44,996 nucleotides of DNA. It comes from a virus (taxonomy: Duplodnaviria > Caudoviricetes). The notes beneath the pieces are model-generated. The model worked only from the letters and a program-made list of their open reading frames with translations. It was not told where the DNA came from and searched no databases. How positions within the stretch are numbered: the first letter of the stretch is position 1; each line of letters begins with the position of its first letter. The DNA is taken from the IMG/VR virus record IMGVR_UViG_3300036713_000269, positions 1 to 44,996 of that record. One strand, given 5' to 3'. The position numbers and the translations under genes were made by a program. Shown piece after piece: positions 27,553-36,101 of this stretch.

Positions 27553-27918
27553 ATGAAGCGCACGGTGACCATCCTGACTGACGCCTCCGGTGACGCGACG
27601 GACTACTCTGTCCCGCTCACCGGATATCTCGAAGAGGTGATCGGTACCATCGGTACCCACACCGCCGGGGCGGTGGACTACGTCGTCACCGGAGCGCAGA
27701 CCGGCGCCGCCCTCATCACCATCACCAACATGGCGGCCAGCACCACGTACCGGCCCCGCGCCCCCACCGTCAGCTCGGCGGCCGGGGGCACGGCGCTGAC
27801 GTTCGACGGCACTGAGCCGGTGAGTGACCGGTACTACCTCGACGGCGAGGCGATCAAGATCGTGACCTCGGACGGGGGCAACGCGAAAACCGGGTACCTG
27901 ACCTTCGTTCTGTCATGA
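27553..27918 (+). CDS. Small beta-rich virion protein
   Basis: Paralogous to both ends of 27915-28967. Confidence 0.65.
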   Translation: MKRTVTILTDASGDATDYSVPLTGYLEEVIGTIGTHTAGAVDYVVTGAQTGAALITITNMAASTTYRPRAPTVSSAAGGTALTFDGTEPVSDRYYLDGEAIKIVTSDGGNAKTGYLTFVLS

Positions 27919-28967
27919 GCCGACGCCTTCTGACGGTGACCACCGACGCATCCGGAGACGGGGTGGCCTCGACGCCGCCCCTCTCCGGCCCCGTCGAGTC
28001 GGTGCGCTACCTCCATACCGACTACGCCGACACGGCGCTGGGTGCGGTGACGGCGAGGGGGAGTACCGTCCTCAGCGTTGGCTCGACGGCGGCGGAGTTC
28101 GACGGCAATGTAGGTAACTACCTGGTGACGGCCGCCCCCCTGTCGGTGGGAGACGTCACCAGGTCGTGGGCGGGGTGGGTCTACGTCGACAATCTGGCGA
28201 ACGACAGGACCCTGTTCGCTGAGCGAACGGACGTGGGGGCGCGGCCGGGCTACGGCATCTACGTCGAGAACTCACCTGCCGGGCGCCTGACCCTGCTGCA
28301 GGACATCGGACTCACGACGAACAGCATCGCGCTCTCGGCCGACGGGGAGATCTCGGCTGGCGCCTGGTACTTCATCTCGGTCACGCACAACGCGGATCGC
28401 GACGAGGTGACGGGTAGGGTCAACCTGGGCTCGGTCACCGACAACGCGTGCTCCGGCGGACTCTACTCGAACAACCCCTTCGAGATAGGGTCCATGCGGG
28501 ACGGGACTAGCAAGAACATGAGCGGAGCACAGTGCTGCTCCGGCATCTGGTCCCGCCTCATCACCGACGATGAACACGTCGCACTCTACGGTGGCGGCTC
28601 CCCACTGCTGTACTGCGCCCTCCCCTCCGGACTCAAGAGCGGGCTGATCAGCTACTGGGACCTCCAGGGCGGGGACTACACCGACAAGCACGGCTCCAAC
28701 GACCTCACCGCCACCGGAACCGTGACCGAGCGAGCCGGGCCAGCGGCGCTCACGGCGGACAAGATCTACCGGCCGCGCACGCTGAGCCAGGCGTCTACGG
28801 CAGGGGAGACAGACCTCACCTTCGACGGCACCTACCCGGTGCTCACCAATACGGTGCTCAGCTCCGAGCCCGTGACGGTGACAGTCTCAGGCGGGGGGAA
28901 TGCCAAGACCGGAGCCTGGGAGATCATTACAGGGAGGGGAGACCATGCGAGAAGAGTTGGAAGCTAG
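27915..28967 (+). CDS. LamG/concanavalin-like domain virion protein
   Basis: SWAGWVY..WYFISVTH..FEIG..IWSRLITDDE..LY..GLISYW. Confidence 0.75.
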   Translation: MSRRLLTVTTDASGDGVASTPPLSGPVESVRYLHTDYADTALGAVTARGSTVLSVGSTAAEFDGNVGNYLVTAAPLSVGDVTRSWAGWVYVDNLANDRTLFAERTDVGARPGYGIYVENSPAGRLTLLQDIGLTTNSIALSADGEISAGAWYFISVTHNADRDEVTGRVNLGSVTDNACSGGLYSNNPFEIGSMRDGTSKNMSGAQCCSGIWSRLITDDEHVALYGGGSPLLYCALPSGLKSGLISYWDLQGGDYTDKHGSNDLTATGTVTERAGPAALTADKIYRPRTLSQASTAGETDLTFDGTYPVLTNTVLSSEPVTVTVSGGGNAKTGAWEIITGRGDHARRVGS

Positions 28968-29118
28968 GTACGAAGCACTGATCGCGAGACGCGAGACCAT
29001 GCTCGTTCAGGTGGCCCAGCACAATGGAGCCATCAGAGAGGTCGAGCGTTTGCTGGACATGCTGGACGAGGAGACCGAGGATGCCGAGCCAGACACTGAG
29101 CGTCACTACTCACTTTAG
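28945..29118 (+). CDS. Small coiled-coil protein
   Basis: SD GGAG; HNGAI.E motif. Confidence 0.6.
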   Translation: MREELEARYEALIARRETMLVQVAQHNGAIREVERLLDMLDEETEDAEPDTERHYSL

Positions 29119-29548
29119 TATCACCACATCCCAGGGGGACACCATCCAGGGTGGCTCGCTCACCGTCCCGGTCAGCGTCTCCATCGCGGACTCGGAGATC
29201 GACGACAACCGCTTCTCCATCGGCACCAAGGAAGCCGTCATCCCGTGGCTGGTCTCGCGCCCTGTCGCCAAGCCGTGGTTCTTCTACATCGAGTCGGACA
29301 CCGAGGTGTGGGTGCAGATGACCACCGACTCAACCGATGAGTACCTGTGCTGGAGGGTCGCCCCAAACACCCCGTGGCACTGGCTGGGAGATGAGGATAT
29401 GTCCACCGAGCATCTCCTGAAGGACCACACCATCGACACCTGGCCCAGTGGCCTCGCCTCTGAGCTTGACGGCCCCGAGAAGCTGTCGATCTACAACGAC
29501 ACAGCGGGCACGGCGATCGTCCGCGTCGTAGTGATCGGGGAGGCATGA
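29081..29548 (+). CDS. Hypothetical (possibly virion) protein
   Basis: MPSQTLSV start; codon usage. Confidence 0.6.
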   Translation: MPSQTLSVTTHFSITTSQGDTIQGGSLTVPVSVSIADSEIDDNRFSIGTKEAVIPWLVSRPVAKPWFFYIESDTEVWVQMTTDSTDEYLCWRVAPNTPWHWLGDEDMSTEHLLKDHTIDTWPSGLASELDGPEKLSIYNDTAGTAIVRVVVIGEA

Positions 29549-29796
29549 GCCCTCTTACCAGGCTGAACGGCAACCTCAAGTGGCTGGTGATCATCGCCGG
29601 CGGGGCCATGACCATCTTCGCCCTCGCTGACAGGACGATGGAGCCGAGGATTCGGTCCATTGCCAAGGAGGAGGTCAAGTACCACGAGGCTCACGCCGAG
29701 CGGCTCATCATGCGCCAGCTCGACAACATCCAGGAAGAGCAGAAGGAACAGGGGCAGAGGGTTGAGTACCTGTACCGGCGGGCCATTGAGGACTGA
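29545..29796 (+). CDS. Single-TM protein, possible holin/lysis accessory
   Basis: One transmembrane segment plus coiled coil; upstream of endolysin. Confidence 0.5.
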   Translation: MSPLTRLNGNLKWLVIIAGGAMTIFALADRTMEPRIRSIAKEEVKYHEAHAERLIMRQLDNIQEEQKEQGQRVEYLYRRAIED

Positions 29797-29802
29797 TCGC
29801 AC

Positions 29803-29855
29803 GAGGGGGCGACGACTGCGGGGTTCCCTCCCTTCGCGGGTTCCCGTCGCCCCCT
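29803..29855 (+). terminator. GC-rich hairpin, possible terminator
   Basis: GAGGGGGCGACG...CGTCGCCCCCTC. Confidence 0.5.
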
Positions 29856-29865
29856 CACTTCTATC

Positions 29866-30180
29866 ATGAGATTCAAAGCTGGGGTCTCACTCTTCGGCAT
29901 CCGCCCCGAGGTGGTGGCGGCGTTCCCGGCCTTGGAGTCGGCATACCGCACATTTGGTCGGGAGGCTGTCATCACAAGTGCAGCAGAGCCGGAAACACGC
30001 CATCGTGAAGGGAGTCTCCACTACGTAGGTCTTGCCGTCGACCTGAGGATCAGGCACCTCAGTCCTGATGACGTAGGTCCCGTAGCCGATGAAGTTCGCG
30101 CCGCGCTCACCCATGAGTTCGACGTGGTCCTGGAGTCGAACCACATCCACGTCGAGTATCAGCCGAAGGGGGTCTCATGA
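29866..30180 (+). CDS. Endolysin, peptidase M15 family
   Basis: ITS..H..GSLHYVGLAVDLR..NHIHVE zinc-binding motifs. Confidence 0.85.
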   Translation: MRFKAGVSLFGIRPEVVAAFPALESAYRTFGREAVITSAAEPETRHREGSLHYVGLAVDLRIRHLSPDDVGPVADEVRAALTHEFDVVLESNHIHVEYQPKGVS

Positions 30181-30471
30181 GGGGTCGATTGAGGCTAGGA
30201 TCGCATCGGCCATATCTTGCCGTCCCTGTGCCGCGTACTCGTCAGCGCGAGCGTGGAGGTAAGCGATGCGATCCTTGTCGCCACGTCGTCTCAGACCAAG
30301 CTCAGCGTCGTGGGGGATCGCAGGTATGGGGCACGACTTGATGAACCTGACACCATTGGCTATGAACGAATGTTCACTCTCCTTCTCGTACTCGAACCCG
30401 CTCGTCTCCAGGAAGTCAATCAGGGCGCCCCAGTGCCTCTCGTCAACGTACCCTTCGTAGAGGTATGACAT
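30175..30471 (-). CDS. Hypothetical protein in opposite orientation
   Basis: 98-aa ORF exactly filling the gap; protein-like composition. Confidence 0.55.
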   Translation of the reverse strand: MSYLYEGYVDERHWGALIDFLETSGFEYEKESEHSFIANGVRFIKSCPIPAIPHDAELGLRRRGDKDRIAYLHARADEYAAQGRQDMADAILASIDPS

Positions 30472-31030
30472 GACTCAACTACTCCCCGCCGACATCTTCT
30501 TCACCCGTGGGACAGGGTGGGTCTCCCGACGCATCCGCAAGCGCAGCCGCAGCCGTAACGAAGCTCCGAGCGAGGTCAACCACTGCGGTGTCGTCCTTAC
30601 CGAGGGCACGTTCGAGAGCGCCGAGGTGATCGAGGCAGCCGGCTGGAAGGTCCGGGTGGCGCATCTGAGCGATCACTACAGCCCAGATCAGGTAACGATC
30701 ATGCGACCTCACGGTATCAGCGGTGAACAGGTGGCGAGCGTACTCGCCGCAGCGCGTGCATATGAGGGCCGGCGCTATGGCTTTACGAAAATCCCACTCC
30801 ACCTGGCTGATGCTATCTTCTTTCGTCACCACTACGTCCTCCGTCGGTTGGCATTCCTACCGTGGGTGATATGCTCTGAACTCGTGACACTGATCTTCGA
30901 CATCATCGGCTGGTGCTTCGGGGTTCGCCCCAAGGAAGCTCAGCCGGACGACATCTGGGACTACTGCGTCAGCCACCCCGAGAAGTATCGGAAGGTCTCT
31001 CTCGCGCCTCCGGACGGCGAGTCTCCCTGA
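30470..31030 (+). CDS. Permuted papain-like NlpC/P60 (YiiX/YaeF-type) enzyme
   Basis: DIFF..NHCG..EA..GRRY..ICSELV..PDDI, with His before Cys. Confidence 0.8.
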   Translation: MTQLLPADIFFTRGTGWVSRRIRKRSRSRNEAPSEVNHCGVVLTEGTFESAEVIEAAGWKVRVAHLSDHYSPDQVTIMRPHGISGEQVASVLAAARAYEGRRYGFTKIPLHLADAIFFRHHYVLRRLAFLPWVICSELVTLIFDIIGWCFGVRPKEAQPDDIWDYCVSHPEKYRKVSLAPPDGESP

Positions 31031-31035
31031 GGTCG

Positions 31036-31206
31036 TCAGTCATCCTCCAGTTCTTCATAGTCCTCGTCACACGCTTCCTCGTGCTCGTTGATCCAGCGGT
31101 CAGGGTCGACGGCGCACTTCCCAACACTGTACTCGCCGCACACTGACATCCGGGTGTGGCCATGCCGGTACCACCGACACTCCCCGCAGGTCTTGGTGTC
31201 AGTCAT
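31036..31206 (-). CDS. Small Cys-rich protein, family A copy 3 (KTCGECRW)
   Basis: Paralog of 31446-31640 and 32056-32256. Confidence 0.7.
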   Translation of the reverse strand: MTDTKTCGECRWYRHGHTRMSVCGEYSVGKCAVDPDRWINEHEEACDEDYEELEDD

Positions 31207-31453
31207 CGGTGTACCCTCCCTCTCGTACTCTCCATACCCATCCCGACCCTGCCGTGGGGCGATGGCAGACCCCCTCGCACCCACCCTCCACCGCCACCTC
31301 GCAGAGGGCGCGGATCAACTCCGGCAAGTCAGTGTAGGGCAGTTCCGGGTGGTCGCCGTCGTACTCGTACTCCTCGCCGTGAATGGCGAAGGTTTGGCTC
31401 ATGAGGTCGATAGCCCATCTGTCATGCGTCTTCGGGCTTATGATCCTACTCAT
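31199..31453 (-). CDS. Small protein, family B copy 2 (RALCEVAVE)
   Basis: 29-bp identity with 31935-31963. Confidence 0.7.
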   Translation of the reverse strand: MSRIISPKTHDRWAIDLMSQTFAIHGEEYEYDGDHPELPYTDLPELIRALCEVAVEGGCEGVCHRPTAGSGWVWRVREGGYTDD

Positions 31454-31640
31454 CACCCCTCCTCACCCAGCACGCGCAGTCCGTGGCGTCGGTGTCGAAG
31501 CGGAGATGTCGCGTCAGGATATTCTCAGCCCACTGAGGAATGGCGAGCTGTATCGCCGTACATGTACCGTATCCTTTGTGCGGTGGCTCCCAGTCCTTGA
31601 ACCACTCGCACTCCCCACAGGTCTTGGCTGGCTCAGTCAT
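31446..31640 (-). CDS. Small Cys-rich protein, family A copy 2
   Basis: KTCGECEW...DTDATDCACW. Confidence 0.7.
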   Translation of the reverse strand: MTEPAKTCGECEWFKDWEPPHKGYGTCTAIQLAIPQWAENILTRHLRFDTDATDCACWVRRGDE

Positions 31641-31848
31641 CGTCGGTGTCCTCCCAATTGCTCAGTCGCGCATACTCGGCGCACTCCAGACAGGCCGCTT
31701 CCCCGTCCACTGGTGCGATAGTCCCGTCCGCATCGCGCAGCAGTTCGCCGCACAGGTAGCAGCTCACCGTGATGTGCTTGTCGATGATCGGCGCCAGGCA
31801 GCCGCAACACGCACATGCGCTGGTGTGCTCCGCCTCACCGCGCTTCAT
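31633..31848 (-). CDS. Small Zn-finger-like protein
   Basis: CACC, CYLC and CLEC motifs; coupled to neighbours. Confidence 0.65.
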   Translation of the reverse strand: MKRGEAEHTSACACCGCLAPIIDKHITVSCYLCGELLRDADGTIAPVDGEAACLECAEYARLSNWEDTDDD

Positions 31849-32063
31849 CGCAGTCTTCCCTCCATGTTGATCCAGCACCCCTCGTCCTGCTCGCCGTGAC
31901 CAAGCTGCCGCCTCTCGACATGCAGCACCCCACTCTCCACCGCCACCTCGCAGAGGGCGCGGAGGGCGTGGATGAGAATGTCGTCGTCGGCGCATTTCAG
32001 AACATCTAGAGCTATCAAGCAGTTCTCTCTGTGTCTCCGGGTGGGGTTGCTCACCTCACTCAT
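31845..32063 (-). CDS. Small protein, family B copy 1
   Basis: LRALCEVAVESG. Confidence 0.65.
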   Translation of the reverse strand: MSEVSNPTRRHRENCLIALDVLKCADDDILIHALRALCEVAVESGVLHVERRQLGHGEQDEGCWINMEGRLR

Positions 32064-32256
32064 CGTCGCGCTCCCTCCAGCAGTCGCAGTCGGTGGCGTC
32101 GGTGTCGGCCTCGATCTGCTGATTGCGAGCTGGTGGCAAGTACATGAACCACATCGGTTTCTTCTTCGGCACCCTGAGTCGCCAAGTGCAATCGTCTCTA
32201 TGCCAAATAATGCTCTCACCCCACCACCGACACGTCCCGCAGGTCTTCTCACTCAT
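32056..32256 (-). CDS. Small Cys-rich protein, family A copy 1
   Basis: KTCGTCRW...DTDATDCDCW; ATGA coupling to the helicase stop. Confidence 0.7.
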   Translation of the reverse strand: MSEKTCGTCRWWGESIIWHRDDCTWRLRVPKKKPMWFMYLPPARNQQIEADTDATDCDCWRERDDE

Positions 32257-33623
32257 CGCAGCCCTCCCTTCAGTATGTCTTCGATCACGTCCTTGCGATC
32301 GCGCAGGGCCTGGTAGACCTGGCGGTCCACCGTGCCCTCGGCGACCAGGTGGTAGTAGGCCACCGGGCGCTCCTGCCCCGGCCGTGACAGCCTGGCCAGG
32401 GCCTGCTCGTACTTCGCCAGGCTCCACCCCAGCGAGAAGAACACCGCGTAGCAGGCCCTCGTCAGGTCGATCCCCTCGCTCCCGCTCTGCACCTGGACGG
32501 CCAGCACCTGGGCCTCACCCTCCTGCCAGCTTCCCAGCTCCTGGTACGATCCCGACAGCTCAGCCGAGTCGATCTTGAGCTTGGCGCACACCTCGTGGAC
32601 CGCCTTGAGATCGGTCTTGTAGAGGCAGAAGACCACCACCGGCTCGCTCCCCAGGTCAGTCAGCAGGTCAGCGAGCAGGGCGTCCTTGCCCTTGTGGACC
32701 CGGACCAGCTCGTCCTTGTCGTCGGGCTTCAGCCAGCCACCGGTGAGCTGCTGCAGGCGGAGTAGCCGGGTCAGGGCGTTGGTCACCGTGACCAGCTCAC
32801 CACTCTCGGTCCAGGCGACGTAGTCATCCTTCAGCCCCTGGTACGCCTCCCGCGCCTTGGGCTCCAGCTCGAACGTTCGCTCCTCGTGCATCACGGGCGG
32901 GAGGTCGAGGACGTCCCGGTGGACCCGGTGCGTGATGCTGAAGAACTTGTCCCTGAACTCGGCCTTGTTCTGGTAGCTGATCACCATCGGGAAGTCCACG
33001 TAGGGATTCATGATGGCGTACCGAGCGCGAAACAGGGCGGCGCTCTTCCCGAAGATGCTGGGGTCCAGGAACCGGAACTCGGCGTAGGCGTCGAGGGGCG
33101 AGTGGGCCAGCGGCGTACCCGAGAGCCCCAGCTTCAGCGGCACCAGCTTGCCCATCGCTGTCATGAACCAGCTCGCCTTGGACGAGGGTGACTTGATCCG
33201 GTGGATCTCGTCGGCGACGATGAGGTCAATGGTGCGGCCCCACTTCTTGAAGGCCTTGCCTAGCGCCCCACGCCAGACCGACTCGTAGTTGACCACGATG
33301 ACAACGGGAGTCGGCGGCGGAACCTTCAGGAGGGGCTCGACGGCCGCCACCTTCTTGGCCATGGTCGCCTGGGTCAGCTCGACGACGTACCAGTGGTCGG
33401 GGGCGTGGGTCTCGACCTGCTTGCGCCAGGCGGGGATCACCGACTTGGGGCAGACGATCAGGATGACTCTGCACTTCCAGCCCACTGCCAGGTGGATGGC
33501 GGTGGCGCTCTTGCCGACGCCCATGCCGCCATAGTAGAGGTTGGCGTAGCGGTCCCTCATAGCGTGGTACGCCTCGACCTGGTGGGGCCAGGGCTTGGTC
33601 TTGGTCGGGAAGGGGAGGCTCAA
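32253..33623 (-). CDS. SNF2-family (SF2) helicase
   Basis: GMGVGKS, DEIH, LSGTP, GSEGIDL and QALARLSRPGQ motifs; TTG start at 33623 inferred from TTGA coupling. Confidence 0.9.
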   Translation of the reverse strand: MSLPFPTKTKPWPHQVEAYHAMRDRYANLYYGGMGVGKSATAIHLAVGWKCRVILIVCPKSVIPAWRKQVETHAPDHWYVVELTQATMAKKVAAVEPLLKVPPPTPVVIVVNYESVWRGALGKAFKKWGRTIDLIVADEIHRIKSPSSKASWFMTAMGKLVPLKLGLSGTPLAHSPLDAYAEFRFLDPSIFGKSAALFRARYAIMNPYVDFPMVISYQNKAEFRDKFFSITHRVHRDVLDLPPVMHEERTFELEPKAREAYQGLKDDYVAWTESGELVTVTNALTRLLRLQQLTGGWLKPDDKDELVRVHKGKDALLADLLTDLGSEPVVVFCLYKTDLKAVHEVCAKLKIDSAELSGSYQELGSWQEGEAQVLAVQVQSGSEGIDLTRACYAVFFSLGWSLAKYEQALARLSRPGQERPVAYYHLVAEGTVDRQVYQALRDRKDVIEDILKGGLR

Positions 33624-33826
33624 TTGGTCACCACTATCAAGGCTCCGATGCACCAGAGGAAGGCAAAGATGAGGACCACGACGAGACCCCCTATCGGAGA
33701 TCCTTCCGCTGCCGTAGAGATGCCCGCCAGGACCCCCAGGGCGCCCCAGATCCCAGACACCCAGAGCTGAAGGGCGCGGACCATATCATTGCGCTCCTTC
33801 TTGTTCCGGCAGAGGTAGCAGCTCAT
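33620..33826 (-). CDS. Small membrane protein
   Basis: Two hydrophobic segments. Confidence 0.6.
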   Translation of the reverse strand: MSCYLCRNKKERNDMVRALQLWVSGIWGALGVLAGISTAAEGSPIGGLVVVLIFAFLWCIGALIVVTN

Positions 33827-34041
33827 CGATCCATCCCTGCAGCGAGGAACATCACAGCCATCATCATCATGCCCAATCCAAAGAAAATGAAGCCCTGGAG
33901 GGTGTAACCCAGGAAGTGGCCGAAGCCATCCCTCTCGATGAGCGCGGTGAGGTGCCCGAAGGCGAACCAGCTCGCGGCGATGCAGGTCTGCACCACAGCC
34001 TTGGCGGAGGGGATCTGATTGGGACTCAACATGTGTACCAC
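33823..34041 (-). CDS. Small membrane protein
   Basis: Two hydrophobic segments; SD AAGGAG. Confidence 0.55.
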   Translation of the reverse strand: MVHMLSPNQIPSAKAVVQTCIAASWFAFGHLTALIERDGFGHFLGYTLQGFIFFGLGMMMMAVMFLAAGMDR

Positions 34042-34238
34042 TCCTTCGGCGCGATGCCGGTCAGTTTCTCGATCTTGACGGAGAGGACGAGGCCGGGCAT
34101 CAGCTCGCCCCGCTCCAACAGGCTGATGGTCGCCTGCGTGACGCCCAGCTCAGCGGCGAGGGTGCGCTGACTCCAGACCTCTCCCGGCTTCCGGCACCTC
34201 GTCCCCCTCCATCTCTTCAGTAGGATTCCTGCTTTCAT
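34026..34238 (-). CDS. Cro/XRE-like HTH regulator (probably leaderless)
   Basis: SQRTLAAELGVTQATISLLERG. Confidence 0.85.
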   Translation of the reverse strand: MKAGILLKRWRGTRCRKPGEVWSQRTLAAELGVTQATISLLERGELMPGLVLSVKIEKLTGIAPKEWYTC

Positions 34239-34244
34239 GCCACG

Positions 34245-34273
34245 ATCATACGCTAACAAGTGGTACTTGTCAA
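34245..34273 (-). promoter_or_regulatory. Sigma70-type promoter TTGACA-N17-TATGAT
   Basis: Near-consensus; -10 ends 6 nt before the ATG at 34238. Confidence 0.85.
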
Positions 34274-34295
34274 TCGGCCGCGACTGTGCTAGCCT
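34267..34295 (+). promoter_or_regulatory. Divergent sigma70-type promoter TTGTCA-N17-TAGCCT (TGn extended)
   Basis: Overlaps the leftward -35; upstream of the replication operon. Confidence 0.65.
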
Positions 34296-34319
34296 TAGGG
34301 CTCAACGACAGGAGGGACG

Positions 34320-34760
34320 ATGAAGACTTCAGACCTTTCGGAATACGCCGACCTTCAGAAGAGGAAGCGCCAGATCAAGGCTGACCTTTCCTCGGTCAAT
34401 GCCAAAATCGATGACCTCGGCCCTCGCCTGGCAGAGCAGATGGTCAACGAAGGAATCGCCCGCATGACCGTGGACGGCATGACCCTCTACCCCAGCGTCA
34501 GCGTCTGGGCCTCGGTGCGGAAGCACCAGTACTACGACGAGGACCTCAAGTGCGAGTGCGAGGAGACGCCCGAGCAGGCCCTGACCAGGGCTCGCCCGGT
34601 GCTCGCCCAGCACGGGCTCGACACGATGATCAAACCCAGCATCCACCACGGGCAGCTGTCGGCGTGGGTGCGCGAACAACTGAAGGAAGGAGGCATCCCC
34701 GAGGACATCAAGGAAGCACTGAAGATCACAGAGAAACCTGAACTCAGAGCAAGGAGATAA
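34320..34760 (+). CDS. Conserved phage replication-module protein (coiled-coil N-terminus)
   Basis: SD AGGAGG; first gene of the rightward operon. Confidence 0.7.
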   Translation: MKTSDLSEYADLQKRKRQIKADLSSVNAKIDDLGPRLAEQMVNEGIARMTVDGMTLYPSVSVWASVRKHQYYDEDLKCECEETPEQALTRARPVLAQHGLDTMIKPSIHHGQLSAWVREQLKEGGIPEDIKEALKITEKPELRARR

Positions 34761-34762
34761 GC

Positions 34763-35449
34763 ATGTCGGATCTCGTCAAAGTAGGCAGTCAGTTCCCCGT
34801 CCTCGACCCCGAGCGCGTGGCCATCATGGCCAGCCGGTTCTCCGAGACCCTCGGCGGCACCGGACTCACGCCGAGAGACCTCCCCCTCGTCAAGATCCCC
34901 GCCGGCGGCGGGAAGTACTGGGAGGTGGACGGCCACGATGCGTCCGAGGTACTGCGCGGTGTGGTCGTCCACATCAAGGACACTCGCACCCTCTACAAGG
35001 AGGCATTCTCGGGAGGCAACGAGCCGCCCGACTGCGCCTCGGAGGACGGCATCTTCGGGGTTGGCGACCCCGGGGGCTCCTGCCTCAGCTGTCCCTACAA
35101 CTGCTACAACAGCGACTGCAAGCCGTACACCCTGGTGTTCATCGTGCTGGAGGGGGACCGTCTGCCCGTCCGGGTCAGGCTCCCGCGCACCAGCCTCAAG
35201 CACCTCCGCAAGTACCGGCTCAGTCTCCTCAACAAGGACCAGCTGCCCCGCGAGGTGATCACCCTCATCTCCATCATCAAGGCCAAGAGTCAGGGCGGGA
35301 TCGAATACTCTGAGGCCAAGCTCGTCGCCGAGTGTCCGCTGGAAGCGGACGAGGCGGCGGCTCTGCAGACGTACGCGGAAGCCATCAAGCCCATGTTCGC
35401 CGCCGAGGCGACGCCGCCAGCGGTCCCTGAAGACGAGCTTGGCTTCTAG
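34763..35449 (+). CDS. Putative ssDNA-binding/annealing protein
   Basis: LPLVKIP, PPDCASEDG, CxxCP motifs; acidic tail ending EDELGF. Confidence 0.6.
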   Translation: MSDLVKVGSQFPVLDPERVAIMASRFSETLGGTGLTPRDLPLVKIPAGGGKYWEVDGHDASEVLRGVVVHIKDTRTLYKEAFSGGNEPPDCASEDGIFGVGDPGGSCLSCPYNCYNSDCKPYTLVFIVLEGDRLPVRVRLPRTSLKHLRKYRLSLLNKDQLPREVITLISIIKAKSQGGIEYSEAKLVAECPLEADEAAALQTYAEAIKPMFAAEATPPAVPEDELGF

Positions 35450-35461
35450 GTAGGGTAGGGT

Positions 35462-35737
35462 ATGGGTGACCCCGCCGCAGGCGCTCCACAAGCCGCTGAG
35501 ACGTCTCCTAATTCCTGGCCGGAAATTAGATGTGCCGTCTGCGGTCTCAACATCGAGCGCACCCCCGGTCGGGGTCGCCCTCCCACCTTCCACATGAACT
35601 GCGGCGAGCTGTTCCGAGCCCTCCGCAGAGTGGCGAAGTACATCCTTTACATCGACGAGATGACGCCCGAGGCCCGGTGCCAGCTGCGCTCCTGGCTCTG
35701 GCGCATCGCCAACATGCTGAATGAGAGGGAGACATGA
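35462..35737 (+). CDS. Zn-finger-like protein
   Basis: CAVCG..GRGRPP..HMNC. Confidence 0.6.
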   Translation: MGDPAAGAPQAAETSPNSWPEIRCAVCGLNIERTPGRGRPPTFHMNCGELFRALRRVAKYILYIDEMTPEARCQLRSWLWRIANMLNERET

Positions 35738-35937
35738 AGGGATTCGGAGTGATACTGAGGCTGATTCGAGTGTTCTACGGACTGCGCCAGGTGGACCTGG
35801 CCGAGGCGCTGAGCGTCTCCCAGAGTGCGATCTGCGAGTACGAGACTGGCAGGAAGGACGTCCCGCTGACCATCGTAGAGAGAGTCAAGGACGAGTTCGA
35901 CGTTCACGTCAAAGACTTCGGGTTCCTGGCGCCGTGA
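35734..35937 (+). CDS. XRE-family HTH protein
   Basis: LRQVDLAEALSVSQSAICEYETG. Confidence 0.85.
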   Translation: MKGFGVILRLIRVFYGLRQVDLAEALSVSQSAICEYETGRKDVPLTIVERVKDEFDVHVKDFGFLAP

Positions 35938-36101
35938 AGTTCGAGATCGACATCCCCCTGTACGTCCAGGGGATGCAGCGCAAGATGGAGAAGCAGAAGC
36001 GGCAGCTGAAGTACCTCAACGAACGCCTCCACCGCCAGTCGCTGCAGCTGGACCATGCGGAGGCCCTCCTTCGGCGACTCGGCTTCCGGCGTGACTACTG
36101 A
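35934..36101 (+). CDS. Small coiled-coil protein
   Basis: GTGA coupling. Confidence 0.55.
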   Translation: MKFEIDIPLYVQGMQRKMEKQKRQLKYLNERLHRQSLQLDHAEALLRRLGFRRDY

